In this document: piece after piece, positions 19,453 through 30,306 of the stretch
How the letters are laid out: each line of letters begins with the position of its first letter
Numbering within the stretch: position 1 is the stretch's first letter
Source: Nitrospirales bacterium
Lineage (GTDB): Bacteria; Nitrospirota; Nitrospiria; Nitrospirales; UBA8639
Length of the DNA: 64,000 nt
Assembly: GCA_965223295.1 (NCBI GenBank)
Contig: CBDCWC010000002.1
Location: 672,001 to 736,000 of the forward strand
Direction: 5' to 3'
The notes under the pieces: generated by a model
The model's database searches: none
What the model was told of the DNA's origin: nothing
What the model saw: only the letters and a program-made list of their open reading frames with translations
Made by a program: the position numbers and the translations under genes

Positions 19453-20470
19453 GTGCCAGGCTTAACTCTTCGCGTTCAGTTTCTTCTTTGAGGCGTGTAA
19501 AGATCATCCGGCCTGCGCTGGTTTGCAAGACGCTGGTCACCACGACATCCACATTTTTCCCAATAGAGGCCCGGGCATGATCGACAACAACCATCGTACC
19601 ATCGTCTAAATATGCCACACCTTGGCCCGACTCTTTGCCCTCTTTCAAGACGAAGACGCGAATAGTTTCACCGGGCAAGACGACCGGCTTCAGTGCATTA
19701 CACAAGTCATTAATGTTTAACACTTCCACACCTTGAATCCCAGCAACTTTATTCAAATTAAAATCATTGGTCAGGACCTTGCCATTCATTTGCTTCCCTA
19801 ATTCAATTAATTTTGTATCGACTTCTTTGACATGAGGAAAGTCATCTTCAACTAATTTGACTTGGATGTTCGTCATTTTTTGGAGCACGTTCAGAATATC
19901 CAATCCTCGTCTTCCGCGAGCTCGCTTTAAGCCATCCGAAGAATCCGAAATATGTTGCAGTTCCTGGAGAATAAAATGCGGAACAACTAAGGTCCCTTCG
20001 ATAAAACCAGTTTCACATAAATCAGCAATTCGTCCATCGATAATGACACTGGTATCCAGCAATTTCATCGTCAACGCTTGGTCCGCACTACCCGAGTCCT
20101 GGTCTAGTTCGGTCAGCCCATCTTTGCCAAATCTTGTCCCCATGCTCAACCCCCAATAGGGTATGCCAAGAAATATGAGCAAGGTCGCAATGAGAGAAAA
20201 GGCCGACTGCTGCGAATTTCCAACGAGACCAGTGGAAAAGGCAATCAGTCCCGCAACCAAAAGACTGATAACGAGACCCAACCCTCCCCACAATGCGACA
20301 GGAAAGGGTATCGACTGCAATCGTTGCTCAGCAGCAAGTATGCCAATTGCCACAGCCACTCCGATAGCCGCACCGACACCAAGAATTTCAGTTTGGCCAT
20401 CCGAAAAACTCCACCCCAGGGACATGCCCAGCACCATCCCAACGACAAGGAACATAGCTCGTAATACCAT
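19445..20470 (-). CDS. PIN/TRAM-domain membrane protein (YacL-like)
   Basis: Four TM helices, LLDTSVIIDGRI, TNDFNLNKVA, YLDDGTMVVV; upstream of ispD. Confidence 0.92.
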   Translation of the reverse strand: MVLRAMFLVVGMVLGMSLGWSFSDGQTEILGVGAAIGVAVAIGILAAEQRLQSIPFPVALWGGLGLVISLLVAGLIAFSTGLVGNSQQSAFSLIATLLIFLGIPYWGLSMGTRFGKDGLTELDQDSGSADQALTMKLLDTSVIIDGRIADLCETGFIEGTLVVPHFILQELQHISDSSDGLKRARGRRGLDILNVLQKMTNIQVKLVEDDFPHVKEVDTKLIELGKQMNGKVLTNDFNLNKVAGIQGVEVLNINDLCNALKPVVLPGETIRVFVLKEGKESGQGVAYLDDGTMVVVDHARASIGKNVDVVVTSVLQTSAGRMIFTRLKEETEREELSLARV

Positions 20471-20997
20471 ACGAGATTCTCCTTCCCTTAGGTTTGCAAT
20501 CCAGCCAAGGTTTGTGATCCACACATAAAAAAATCTTCCATGTACTTCCAATTTTCTTCTAAAGCAACAATTCTCGATTCAATTGTTATCATCCTCCCCT
20601 CATAGCCTTTCTTCACAATGTCACAGCCAATACTTTTCGCGACAGAAGAAACCACGTCACATACCAACCCGTTCATTGACTCAAAGGCGAGAAAAAATTT
20701 CGACCGCATATGGGAAAAAAAGGAACGGAAAGACTCATCGGTAGACCTATCTTCCATGATAGGATGCGCTATTATAAGCTTTTTAGTTTTTAGGAGCAAT
20801 CATCGATTCGACAAATTTATAGATACGAATTCAGAATGTCAAAAATGCTCATTCGATCATTGTGGAGGTCATGCCTCATGCTGACATGTAAAAGATGATA
20901 GCACTGACAGGCCTAGAACGTCTTTAGGACAATGCGATCTTATGATCACTTCGAACGTTAAAGAAGAAGGAAACAGTGAGGAACCATTAGAGACTAA

Positions 20998-22392
20998 TTA
21001 TGCGGTGAGAGCCTGACTTACCTCATGCAATTGGGCCTCCAAAAATTCCCGCATCTGAGATAATTGATCCTGAGACACCGCTTCAAACCGTAGGACCAGC
21101 GCAGGTTGAGTATTCGAAGCCCGAATCAACCCCCACCCCTGTTCGAACCTGACCCGCACTCCGTCAATCGTAATCAACTCTTGAATAGGTAGTGCTGTTG
21201 TCACGTCTTGCGAAGTGGCCAGATCTTGAAAATGTTTTGTCAGCGCGACAACAAGCTGAAACTTTTGATCATCCGGACAGTCAACACGAATTTCCGGGGT
21301 GACAACTGTTTGAGGCACACCAGACAAGAGACTCGAAAGCGGTTTCTTTTGCTTGACCAAAATTTCAATCAATCGACATGAAGCATAAATCGCATCATCA
21401 TAGCCATAGTACCGATCAGCAAAGAACACATGCCCCGACATTTCCCCTGCCAAGACAGCTTTTTCTTCTTTCATTTTGGCTTTAATAATAGAATGCCCGG
21501 TTTTCCACATAATCGCACGTCCGCCATGCTTAGGAATATCATCATAAAAAACTTGCGACGCTTTGACTTCAGAGATAAACGTGCTCCCGGGCTGTTCCGC
21601 TAATACATTTCGTGCAAACAACAACAATAAACGATCACCCCACAAGATGCCACCCTGCTCATCAATCACGCCTATTCTATCGGCATCGCCATCATAACCA
21701 ATGCCAACATCTGCCTTGACCTCGTGAACCTTGCCGATCAAATCTTCTAAATTTTCAACAACTGTAGGATCGGGATGATGATTAGGAAAACGTCCATCCA
21801 AATCACAATATAAGCCCGTTACCTGGCACCCCAATTGTTCCAGAGCTTCTTTCGCGACAAGTGAAGCCGCGCCATTCCCACAATCAATAACCACTCGCAA
21901 ACCATTCGCCTTCACGGTGGAAAATTGTTCTTTCAGAAATTCAAGATACTGAGGAATAATTGGCTGTTCAACAATCGTTCCCTGACCAGAATCAAATACT
22001 TCTTTCTCAAAAATTCCTCGCAAACGCTGAATGTCCTCGCCATATAAGGCTTCTTTTCCCACACACATTTTAAAGCCATTATATTCTGCAGCATTATGAC
22101 TTCCGGTAATCATAATGCCTCCGTCCACCTCACAATGAAAGAGGGAAAAGTACAACAGCGGAGTAGCACATAGACCTAAATCAATGACATTGACACCAGC
22201 TCCTGTCAATCCGGCAACTAATGAGTCTCGAAGCGAAGGAGAAGTCAAACGACCATCCCGGCCAACTGTGATCGTCTTCACATTTCGTCCGCGGGCCAAC
22301 GTGGCATAAGCACGTCCAATTTTTTCCACAACATCTGGGGTGAGATCATGCTCAACAATCCCTCGAATATCATATTCCCGAAAAATACCCAT
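20998..22392 (-). CDS. Phosphomannomutase/phosphoglucomutase
   Basis: FREYDIRG, TGSHN, DGDADR, GEMSGH, RASNTQP. Confidence 0.95.
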   Translation of the reverse strand: MGIFREYDIRGIVEHDLTPDVVEKIGRAYATLARGRNVKTITVGRDGRLTSPSLRDSLVAGLTGAGVNVIDLGLCATPLLYFSLFHCEVDGGIMITGSHNAAEYNGFKMCVGKEALYGEDIQRLRGIFEKEVFDSGQGTIVEQPIIPQYLEFLKEQFSTVKANGLRVVIDCGNGAASLVAKEALEQLGCQVTGLYCDLDGRFPNHHPDPTVVENLEDLIGKVHEVKADVGIGYDGDADRIGVIDEQGGILWGDRLLLLFARNVLAEQPGSTFISEVKASQVFYDDIPKHGGRAIMWKTGHSIIKAKMKEEKAVLAGEMSGHVFFADRYYGYDDAIYASCRLIEILVKQKKPLSSLLSGVPQTVVTPEIRVDCPDDQKFQLVVALTKHFQDLATSQDVTTALPIQELITIDGVRVRFEQGWGLIRASNTQPALVLRFEAVSQDQLSQMREFLEAQLHEVSQALTA

Positions 22393-22431
22393 CACGATTC
22401 CTTTCAGATGTTTTCCTGTCAATACCGTCTA

Positions 22432-23877
22432 TCAAACTGGCCGCAAACGGTCAAAATCATCCTTGAGCCGCACAATATCGTCTTCACCTAAATACGGCCC
22501 ATTTTGAATCTCAATAATTTCTAATAAGCCTTGCCCAGGATTTTCTAATCGATGAGGTGTTTCTTTGGGAATACCTGTACTCATGCCGGCTTGCAGATCA
22601 TACACTTCTTCGCCCCGCGTGACTCGTGCCGTCCCAGTAATTACGACCCAATGTTCACTGCGTTGATGATGCAACTGCAATGAAAGCCGCTTGCCAGGCA
22701 TCACTTCGATCCGCTTCACTTTATACCCTGGTCCTTCCTCCAAAACCGTATAGGCCCCCCAAGGACGTTGAACCGTTCGATGTTCTAGATGTTCAGGAGC
22801 CTGCTGTTTTTTGAGTACGTTGACGACGGCTTTGACATCCTGTGCTCGATCTTTCGGGCAGACAAGCGTCGCGTCAGGGGTATCAACAACCACCATATTG
22901 TCCAGTCCAATCGTGGCTACCATTCGACGATCAGCAAATAGAACGGACTCTCGACTTCCCATATCAACAATATTGCCATTCCGGACGTTTCCAGCTTTAT
23001 CCAATGGAGCCACTTCCTCCAAACTTCCCCAACTTCCTACATCCGACCACCCAAACTCTACCGGGACAACCACACTATGCGCTGAATGTTCCATCACGGC
23101 ATGATCAATAGACAGAGAAGGCAGTTTCGCATAAGCTTTTCGAAGCTGTGCGGGGAATTCTGATGTTCCAATATATCGTTGAAGGCGTTGTAGAATCTTG
23201 GACAATTTGGGTTGATGGAGAGCCATCTCCTCAAGAATCGTCGAAGCTTTCCAAATAAATATTCCGGCGTTCCAGAAGTAGTTTCCTGACCGACAATATC
23301 GCTTAGCCGTGGAATGGTTCGGTTTTTCAACGAATCTGGCGACTCCATACCCCGCCAGCCCTCCTTGTGTTCGCATTCGTTTGCGCTTGTTAGGTTGAAT
23401 GTACCCATAGCCAGTTTCAGGGCGTGAAGGCTGAATGCCAAATGTGACCAAATACCCGTCTCTCGCTAAGGTTGTGGCATAGTTCACAGCTTTGACAAAT
23501 TTTTTCTCTGCTTTGACCACATGATCCGCTGGCACAACAACCATAATCGCCTCAGGGTCTCGAGCTAGAAGTTGCAGCGCCGTCAGTGCAATTGCTGGAG
23601 CCGTATTTCTTCCTTCGGGCTCAAGAATAATGTTATCAACGAGATCATCTTTCCAAGCGCTTAACTGAAGCCTGATAGACTCTGCTTGCACAGCATTAGT
23701 GACGACCGTCATCTGTTTAGGAGAAACATGAGGCAGAAACCGCTCAAACGTTTGTTGCAAGAGCGTTCCTTCGCCAATAATCCGCAACAACTGCTTAGGA
23801 AAGCGCTCCCGACTCAACGGCCAAAATCGGGTCCCACTACCTCCCGCTAAAATGACTCCATACACATGAGCATTCAT
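22432..23877 (-). CDS. manC: Mannose-1-phosphate guanylyltransferase/mannose-6-phosphate isomerase
   Basis: LAGGSGTRFWPLSR, WSDVGSW, RPWG, cupin HHQRSEHW. Confidence 0.95.
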   Translation of the reverse strand: MNAHVYGVILAGGSGTRFWPLSRERFPKQLLRIIGEGTLLQQTFERFLPHVSPKQMTVVTNAVQAESIRLQLSAWKDDLVDNIILEPEGRNTAPAIALTALQLLARDPEAIMVVVPADHVVKAEKKFVKAVNYATTLARDGYLVTFGIQPSRPETGYGYIQPNKRKRMRTQGGLAGYGVARFVEKPNHSTAKRYCRSGNYFWNAGIFIWKASTILEEMALHQPKLSKILQRLQRYIGTSEFPAQLRKAYAKLPSLSIDHAVMEHSAHSVVVPVEFGWSDVGSWGSLEEVAPLDKAGNVRNGNIVDMGSRESVLFADRRMVATIGLDNMVVVDTPDATLVCPKDRAQDVKAVVNVLKKQQAPEHLEHRTVQRPWGAYTVLEEGPGYKVKRIEVMPGKRLSLQLHHQRSEHWVVITGTARVTRGEEVYDLQAGMSTGIPKETPHRLENPGQGLLEIIEIQNGPYLGEDDIVRLKDDFDRLRPV

Positions 23878-24030
23878 AATGTGTCTTTCTGAGTTCTGTC
23901 ACATCCAATACAATTGCTCCCAAACATGGGATGGCTCGGCGTTAGTGACAGGGTTAGGGTTCTATCGAGTCATTAGTCTTATCGGATTTTCTTCATCAAA
24001 CTAAAAACAGGACCAACAGTCAGACTACTC

Positions 24031-24297
24031 GGGTCTGTTGAAAAAAGCCGCCGCCTACTCCGCCGAAGTAACTCGATGGGCTACGAAGGCCGGGAGCGGC
24101 GTTCTCGCCATTGTTCCGTGCTCACGTAGTGCCAGTATGCTCCGCGCGCCACAATGGCTGCGGCCTTGCTGGACCTGGCTTCGCCGAAGCGGCTTCGCAC
24201 AGGCGAACGAACTTTTTTGAACTGACCCGACGTTGTTGATCGCCAAGGGTTTCATGGCGAAATGTGGCTTTTGATATCTTCATTATTCAACACTCCA
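24031..24297 (+). mobile_element. MITE copy 4 with two internal palindromic insertions
   Basis: Flanks TACTC/TACTC; insertions at 24053-24094 (42 bp) and 24175-24208 (34 bp). Confidence 0.85.
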
Positions 24298-24302
24298 TAC
24301 TC

Positions 24303-24875
24303 TTATCTCGCAGCCAAAATCATATCAATAACTTCCCTGACGGCCCCCTCTCCACCTTTTTTTTGGCAAATGTAATGGACGACTTGGCGAACTTGCTCGA
24401 CACAATCGGCTGGGGCTGCAGCATATCCCACCGTCTGTAAGGCGGCAACATCATTCACGTCATCGCCCATATAGGCCATCTGTTCAAAGGGAATACCAAA
24501 TTTTTCGGAAAGATGCCTGAGCACAGCGACTTTGTCTTTTGCCCCCTGAAATACTTCGGGAATCCCCAATTTTTTCGCACGGCGAGCCACAATCTTGGTC
24601 TGTTCCATTGTAATGATAGCTGTCAGCATGCCCTCCGCTTGCAGCAGCTTGATTCCCATGCCGTCCCGCGTATGAAATTTTTTGAATTCCTCACCGGATT
24701 CACCATAATACATGCCGGCATCTGTCAAAACCCCATCAACATCGGTAGCAAAAAGCTTCAATTCCTTAAAAACTTTTCTTGGACTTTTTACAATCCGCAG
24801 ATGCGCCGGTTTTTTTATGGACTTGAGATTCCGAAGCACTTTCCCAGATGACCGGCTGGTCTTATCATTTTTCAT
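24303..24875 (-). CDS. kdsC: KDO 8-phosphate phosphatase (HAD)
   Basis: DVDGVLTD, RDGMGI, MGDDVND, GGEGAVRE. Confidence 0.88.
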   Translation of the reverse strand: MKNDKTSRSSGKVLRNLKSIKKPAHLRIVKSPRKVFKELKLFATDVDGVLTDAGMYYGESGEEFKKFHTRDGMGIKLLQAEGMLTAIITMEQTKIVARRAKKLGIPEVFQGAKDKVAVLRHLSEKFGIPFEQMAYMGDDVNDVAALQTVGYAAAPADCVEQVRQVVHYICQKKGGEGAVREVIDMILAAR

Positions 24876-25036
24876 ACGCCCATAGGCCCTTCTTCAGAAT
24901 AAAAAAAGGCAACACTCCCTTGCACCTCACTCATAAGTATTCCCCCACAGCCGACAAGAGAGTATAATATATGACTGCTGACCAGAGACGTTCTTTTAAA
25001 AAACAGCGCATAAAAAGGAACAGCTAATTCCACATA

Positions 25037-25573
25037 ATGTCTTTTCTCAAGATTTCCCTCTTATGCATTCTTACAGTCTTTTTTATTGGATGCTCGACAC
25101 CTGAATCCAAAGGCAACCTGGATGTTGTTTTATGTTGGCTCCGCCCGTCCTGCCAGCCACACCATCCACCAGATCAACCCATCACTCCAAGAAAGACGGC
25201 TTCAAGAAAAAATTTTCCTGCCCCTCCTCCCCCGCAACAGCCTCCTCCTAAAAAAATCATTCCACGATCAGGCTTCTCAACTCCGTGTGTAACGTCAGCC
25301 CAGATCACCGTGCAGAAATCCAAGCCTTACGTGACCGTATCGTATGAAGAACCTACAACCAAAGCTAATGGAACACCGTTAACAAATTTAGCTAAAACGA
25401 CAATTTATCATGATGTGGGAAAGGGAAGAGTGAAATATAAGGATATTCCTGCAACCAGTCCACAGGGAGGGGGGAAAGTTCACGAAAAAATCGTATTTTC
25501 AATGAAACAGCAAACAAGCATTCAGGCAACGATTTGCGTCACGGCTACAGACACAAATGGGTATGAAGGGTAA
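25037..25573 (+). CDS. Putative lipoprotein with Pro-rich linker and FN3-like C-terminal domain
   Basis: FIGC lipobox; EPTTKANGTPLTNL...VTATDTNGYEG. Confidence 0.55.
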   Translation: MSFLKISLLCILTVFFIGCSTPESKGNLDVVLCWLRPSCQPHHPPDQPITPRKTASRKNFPAPPPPQQPPPKKIIPRSGFSTPCVTSAQITVQKSKPYVTVSYEEPTTKANGTPLTNLAKTTIYHDVGKGRVKYKDIPATSPQGGGKVHEKIVFSMKQQTSIQATICVTATDTNGYEG

Positions 25574-25615
25574 GATATCTAGCTGACTTTGTAAATAGAT
25601 GCCAATGACTCTTTC

Positions 25616-25966
25616 TCATTGTTGCAACACAAACCCTTTTTTTTCCATACAATTTCTCACTTCGAGACCTTTGGATACGGAATCCTGCCACCAGCCATTT
25701 CCGTGAAGCTGATCAACGTATGTATCGCATTGTTCTTTGGCTTCAAAAAAATTCATATTGTTTCCATCGATGGCTATCCATTCTCCCTGTGAACAATCTC
25801 CATAAGGATGGCACAAACGCTCTGCCCTTGTAGATTGGTAGTCAGGGTCAAGATTTGACTCCCAGATACTACATCCGCTTAAACAAGAGAACAGGATCAA
25901 CCAAATAGGCCACCCCCGCATTACCTTCCATTGATCTTGTTTCTCATCCTGATCAAATTGTGTCAT
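25616..25966 (-). CDS. Hypothetical Cys-containing lipoprotein
   Basis: LSGC lipobox; CMEKKGF terminus. Confidence 0.55.
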   Translation of the reverse strand: MTQFDQDEKQDQWKVMRGWPIWLILFSCLSGCSIWESNLDPDYQSTRAERLCHPYGDCSQGEWIAIDGNNMNFFEAKEQCDTYVDQLHGNGWWQDSVSKGLEVRNCMEKKGFVLQQ

Positions 25967-26073
25967 CGGGCTCTTTCCTCCTCTGTCTTAAAAAACCTCT
26001 GCCCCCCCTATCGGACAGATGAGGCTTGAAAAATAGCCCTACAATTAATGAATATGCCACCTTTTTTCCCCCA

Positions 26074-26865
26074 CTATATTTGACCTCGAACCCATGCCCA
26101 CGTCAGCCCCATATATTCATGAACAGCCAGCTCGGCCAATCGAAGTCCTGAGGCGCTAGGAAAAAGGTTGCTGGGAGACACAAATTCTTGAGAAGGTTTC
26201 CATTGACCAGCAGGAGCAGGGATTGGAGAAAGCCCTTGTTTTATAAACAGTTTCATCGCACGCGGCATATGAAACGCACTGGTCACTAACACAAATGGTT
26301 CATTATGAATAAGATGTCGAAGGTATAAGGGATGATCTTTAGTATCTCGTGACTCAACTTCTAATACCATATTCGATTTCTTAACCCCCAATTCTTCAGC
26401 CACCCGACTCAATGTGGTGGCTTCCGGTGCCCCATCAAACCCAATACCGCCCGTTAAAATAAGCTTACTGCAGGGAATACGATGATGGAGCCGAATCCCC
26501 TCTACAAGGCGAACACGTGAATGATGAGAAATCTGTAGTTGAATAGGTAGTGTCGGGTCCCTCGAAACTCCACCTGCTAACACCACAATCCACTTCACAG
26601 CACACGTCCCCGTTCCTCCATTTTCCGGCGGTGCTAGTTTCGCTAAATTTAATGGAGGATATTGTGATTCGAGCGTCTGCAAAATTCGACCCGAAATACC
26701 TTCGAAACTACAGATCACGAGGACCAGCATGCTCAGAGCAACAAGAAGTTTTCCTGTTTTCTGCTTTCTCGAAAAGAATAACAACGCCACTCCCAGTGCC
26801 ATCAACTCCAAGCAAATTGACACCGGAGAGAAAAGAGGAGCCAGAAATTTTTTTAGAGTAAACAT
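26074..26865 (-). CDS. YdcF/ElyC (DUF218) envelope protein
   Basis: IVVLAGG, ESRDT, LVTSAFHMPRA, VHEYMG. Confidence 0.88.
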   Translation of the reverse strand: MFTLKKFLAPLFSPVSICLELMALGVALLFFSRKQKTGKLLVALSMLVLVICSFEGISGRILQTLESQYPPLNLAKLAPPENGGTGTCAVKWIVVLAGGVSRDPTLPIQLQISHHSRVRLVEGIRLHHRIPCSKLILTGGIGFDGAPEATTLSRVAEELGVKKSNMVLEVESRDTKDHPLYLRHLIHNEPFVLVTSAFHMPRAMKLFIKQGLSPIPAPAGQWKPSQEFVSPSNLFPSASGLRLAELAVHEYMGLTWAWVRGQI

Positions 26866-27146
26866 GAACCTCTTCCGCAAAGGAAATGTTCTGAAAAAAA
26901 ACAGTGAGAACCCGTAGGTAATTTACAGGATCGGTGCCATTTACACAAGAAGTTTCAGGTTTGGTTCAATAAGGATGGCACATTAAGGTTGAGACCAAGC
27001 GGAGATGGAAAAACGCCAAGAAAGAGGACAAGACAAGCGATACATGCCGATACTTCTCGACATCAATTGAGATACAGCAAGCAGGAAGACTTTTGAAGAA
27101 CAAGCTGATGGAGCAAGAACTCCGTAGAGGACAATACGGTCAAAAA

Positions 27147-27518
27147 CTAGTATTGAGAAACAGGGCAGGCTCGAAGCACCTCTTGAATATGCCGATCAAA
27201 ATCTTTCTGTGCCCTTTCAAGGCTTTGTTGAGCCACAAGAATATCTTTGAGCATATTCCCATTTCTGGATTGATGGTTGACACAATAAATTTTTCCGCCA
27301 TCAAATCCCCGACGACTTCGTCGACAACCATCAAATTCTTTCGGAGCATGCCGAAGACTGAATTTTGCCTCTTGGAGTTGATCATGTTTTTTGACAACAC
27401 GATCTTGGGCTGATTTGAGCAAAGAAACCGCTTCGGTGCACGAAAAATTCCAGACCTCGGTTCCTCCCACTTGAGGTAAGACAAGAACGAGTCCTATGAT
27501 GAGAAATCCAATACGCAT
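27147..27518 (-). CDS. Hypothetical secreted helical protein
   Basis: Signal-peptide-like start after GGAGG RBS; four Cys. Confidence 0.5.
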   Translation of the reverse strand: MRIGFLIIGLVLVLPQVGGTEVWNFSCTEAVSLLKSAQDRVVKKHDQLQEAKFSLRHAPKEFDGCRRSRRGFDGGKIYCVNHQSRNGNMLKDILVAQQSLERAQKDFDRHIQEVLRACPVSQY

Positions 27519-27714
27519 AATCCCCCTCCTTCCAAAACTACCTGACCCCACCACTGAGAACACATCATCGAAGATGATGTACTGCCTAACCTACTGCTGG
27601 GATCAGCGTGCAACAATAACTCAAATGGGTGGCGAGGAAAGGAAGAAAGCGTGACGGATTAAATTTTGAAAGAACCTTTGCAGAACAAACAAGAACACAT
27701 CGGTAACAGTTTTT

Positions 27715-28335
27715 TTATTTGAGAACAAAGTGGGCACGTCGGTTATGTTGAAAGCAGGTCAATGAACGTTGCGAGCAAAATGGCTGACTCTTTCCCAGAC
27801 TAAGGACCCGCAACTGCGAAGCGCTCACGCCTAAATTAACCAAATAATTCTTTACGGCGAGAGCTCGCCGTTCACCTAAAATGAGGTTGTACTCTTCAGT
27901 TCCGCGTTCATCACAATGCCCTTGGATGAGGACTTGGCGATTCGGGTAACGCTTAAGAAGCACTTTGGCATTTTGTTCAAGGATCAGCATTGAATCTCTC
28001 CGAATCCTGATTTGGTCATAATCAAAAAATACATCTTGTAATGTCCAAGGTAGTATCGTGTCCTCTGCGGATTGCGTGAAAATTTCCTTCGTATCTTGCT
28101 CAGAGATACTGGATTGATCAGCAGGGGAAGATCTTGAGATATCTTCAAGGTTAAGACTTTCAAGAGCTGCCACAGGCTCCACCTCTAATGCTTCTACCGG
28201 AGATACTTCCTCGCTATGACTCACGACAGCGACTTCATGGAAGGAGCCACAACCCACAGGCAACAGCAACACAAGAGGAAGGAACATACCTTTCCAAGAA
28301 CCTCTCTTTTTTTTACGTGATAGTCGGTATTTCAA
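27715..28335 (-). CDS. Pal/OmpA-family peptidoglycan-associated lipoprotein (start uncertain)
   Basis: VFFDYD, QGHCDERGTEEYNLILGERRA, NRRA. Confidence 0.85.
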   Translation of the reverse strand: MKYRLSRKKKRGSWKGMFLPLVLLLPVGCGSFHEVAVVSHSEEVSPVEALEVEPVAALESLNLEDISRSSPADQSSISEQDTKEIFTQSAEDTILPWTLQDVFFDYDQIRIRRDSMLILEQNAKVLLKRYPNRQVLIQGHCDERGTEEYNLILGERRALAVKNYLVNLGVSASQLRVLSLGKSQPFCSQRSLTCFQHNRRAHFVLK

Positions 28336-28455
28336 AGTAGTTGATAGACAGAATAGTCAAAAATAGGCGTGAACCCATATGGTCTCAGATTTTTTGAATC
28401 ATACAACATTCAAAAACACTGTCAATGTGCAAGCAACGCATTCTTTTACAATACC

Positions 28456-28485
28456 TTGACGGGTTTTTTTTTACACCTGTATGAT
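28456..28485 (+). promoter_or_regulatory. Sigma70-like promoter of the ABC operon
   Basis: TTGACG-N18-TATGAT upstream of 28560. Confidence 0.45.
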
Positions 28486-28559
28486 TTGGCTCCTATCAAA
28501 ATGACTGTCTCAACGAGTAGAGCCTTCCCTTCTCACGACACAATTTCTGGATATTTGTC

Positions 28560-29498
28560 ATGATTGATGTTCAGCATGTCACCAAACAGTATGGCCAGGT
28601 CACGGCCTTGGATGATGTCTCTTTTTCCATTGCCAAGGGAGAAATTGTTGCATTTTTAGGTCCTAATGGAGCAGGCAAAACCACGACCATGCGCATTTTG
28701 ACCGGATTCATGCCTCCAACATCAGGAACCATCCAAGTCGCAGGCTTTGACTGCCTAGAAGAGCCATGGGAGGTGAAGAAGCATATTGGGTACCTTCCGG
28801 AAGCGCCTCCGCTGTACTTAGAATTAACCGTGACCGAGTATCTGACATTTGTCGGAAGGATTAAACGACTAGAACCAGCGAAACTGCAAGAGCGCATGGC
28901 CCTCATCATCCAGCAAACAGGATTGACGGAAGTGCAGGGACGCGTCATCGGACATTTATCTCGAGGATATCGCCAACGGGTCGGCTTAGCGCAAGCCTTA
29001 CTTCATAATCCTCCTGTGCTCATTTTAGACGAACCAACAACCGGCTTAGACCCCAATCAAATTATTGAAATTCGAGATTTAATCAAAAGCCTGGCGGGCT
29101 CTCATACCATCATTTTGAGTACGCATCTTCTAGCAGAAGCCACTACGATATGCCAAAAGGTTATCATTATCCATCAAGGGCACATTGTCGCCATTGATAC
29201 ACCAGAACAACTCGGAGCCAAGCTCCGGCAATCAGAAATTTTACATCTGACCGTCAAGCAATCTGACCCCGGCCTTTTGGCTGCCCTACAGAAGATTTCC
29301 GGAGTGCTTCAGGTGAGACCGGGTGAAAAGCCTCACACGTATATGCTGGAAACCCAAGCCGGAGAAGACATCCGGGAAAAATTGACCACTCTAATTGTCG
29401 ACAGCGGTGCAGGGCTCTTAGAGTTGACCACACAACCCGTTAGCTTGGAGGATGTCTTTAAGGTTCTAACCACCGAAAATCATTCACAAACCACATGA
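28560..29498 (+). CDS. ABC transporter ATP-binding protein (GldA-like)
   Basis: GPNGAGKTT, LSRGYRQR, ILDEPT. Confidence 0.92.
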   Translation: MIDVQHVTKQYGQVTALDDVSFSIAKGEIVAFLGPNGAGKTTTMRILTGFMPPTSGTIQVAGFDCLEEPWEVKKHIGYLPEAPPLYLELTVTEYLTFVGRIKRLEPAKLQERMALIIQQTGLTEVQGRVIGHLSRGYRQRVGLAQALLHNPPVLILDEPTTGLDPNQIIEIRDLIKSLAGSHTIILSTHLLAEATTICQKVIIIHQGHIVAIDTPEQLGAKLRQSEILHLTVKQSDPGLLAALQKISGVLQVRPGEKPHTYMLETQAGEDIREKLTTLIVDSGAGLLELTTQPVSLEDVFKVLTTENHSQTT

Positions 29499-29535
29499 CA
29501 CAATCCTGCACGCATTTCTTCTTTCTAACATTGCC

Positions 29536-30306
29536 ATGAATCCCGTTCATACCATTATTGCCAAAGAACTCCGGAGCTTCTTTGTCTCGCCAGTCGTCTA
29601 TGTGATTGGTGCAATTTTTTTAGTTGTCGTGGGACTGCTTGCCTACCAAGCCGTGGCAAGCGCCAGCAACCAAGCCATTCGACTCATGCAACTACAAAAT
29701 ACCTATGCGCAACTCAATCTCAATGAAATGATCTTTCGTCCCTTGTTTCAAAGCATGAACCTTATTCTGATGATTATCTTACCGCTTCTAACGATGCGCC
29801 TATTTGCGGAAGAACGAAAACTTCGCACATTTGAGTTGCTTCTCACGTCGCCTATTGGCGTGAATGAAATAGTGTCGGGCAAATTCCTGAGCGTGGTGAT
29901 TGTGTATGCAGGGCTTCTTTCACTGACCGGCCTCATTCCTTTGACCCTAGCAGCCTATGCCACATTTGATTGGAATCCTATTATCCTTGGATATGTAGCC
30001 CTCCTGCTCCAAGGCGCTCTGATGTTGTCCATTGGCCTTGTTGCCTCGGCCCTTACTGAGAACCAAATTATTGCGGCATTTCTTAGCTTTGGGATTATTC
30101 TGGGACTTTGGGTACTCGGAGCTCTTAGTGCGGCTTTTGGTGATTCACCAGCAGGTCATATTCTTTCTTATCTCTCCTTCACAGAACATTTTGAACGGTT
30201 AATCCGTGGACTTCTGAATATGAAAGATCTCATGTACTACATATCAGGGATCGCCTTTATGTGGTTCGCGGCGCACCAAGCCATAGATGCCTACCGATGG
30301 AAATAA
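29536..30306 (+). CDS. ABC-2 permease (GldF-like)
   Basis: KELRSFFVSP, TMRLFAEERK, ENQIIAA. Confidence 0.88.
   Translation: MNPVHTIIAKELRSFFVSPVVYVIGAIFLVVVGLLAYQAVASASNQAIRLMQLQNTYAQLNLNEMIFRPLFQSMNLILMIILPLLTMRLFAEERKLRTFELLLTSPIGVNEIVSGKFLSVVIVYAGLLSLTGLIPLTLAAYATFDWNPIILGYVALLLQGALMLSIGLVASALTENQIIAAFLSFGIILGLWVLGALSAAFGDSPAGHILSYLSFTEHFERLIRGLLNMKDLMYYISGIAFMWFAAHQAIDAYRWK

Noticed and set aside
20488-20884. ORFs 20488-20799 and 20618-20884
   Set aside because: Overlapping opposite-strand ORFs in an AT-rich spacer with no recognisable motifs; probably a promoter region.
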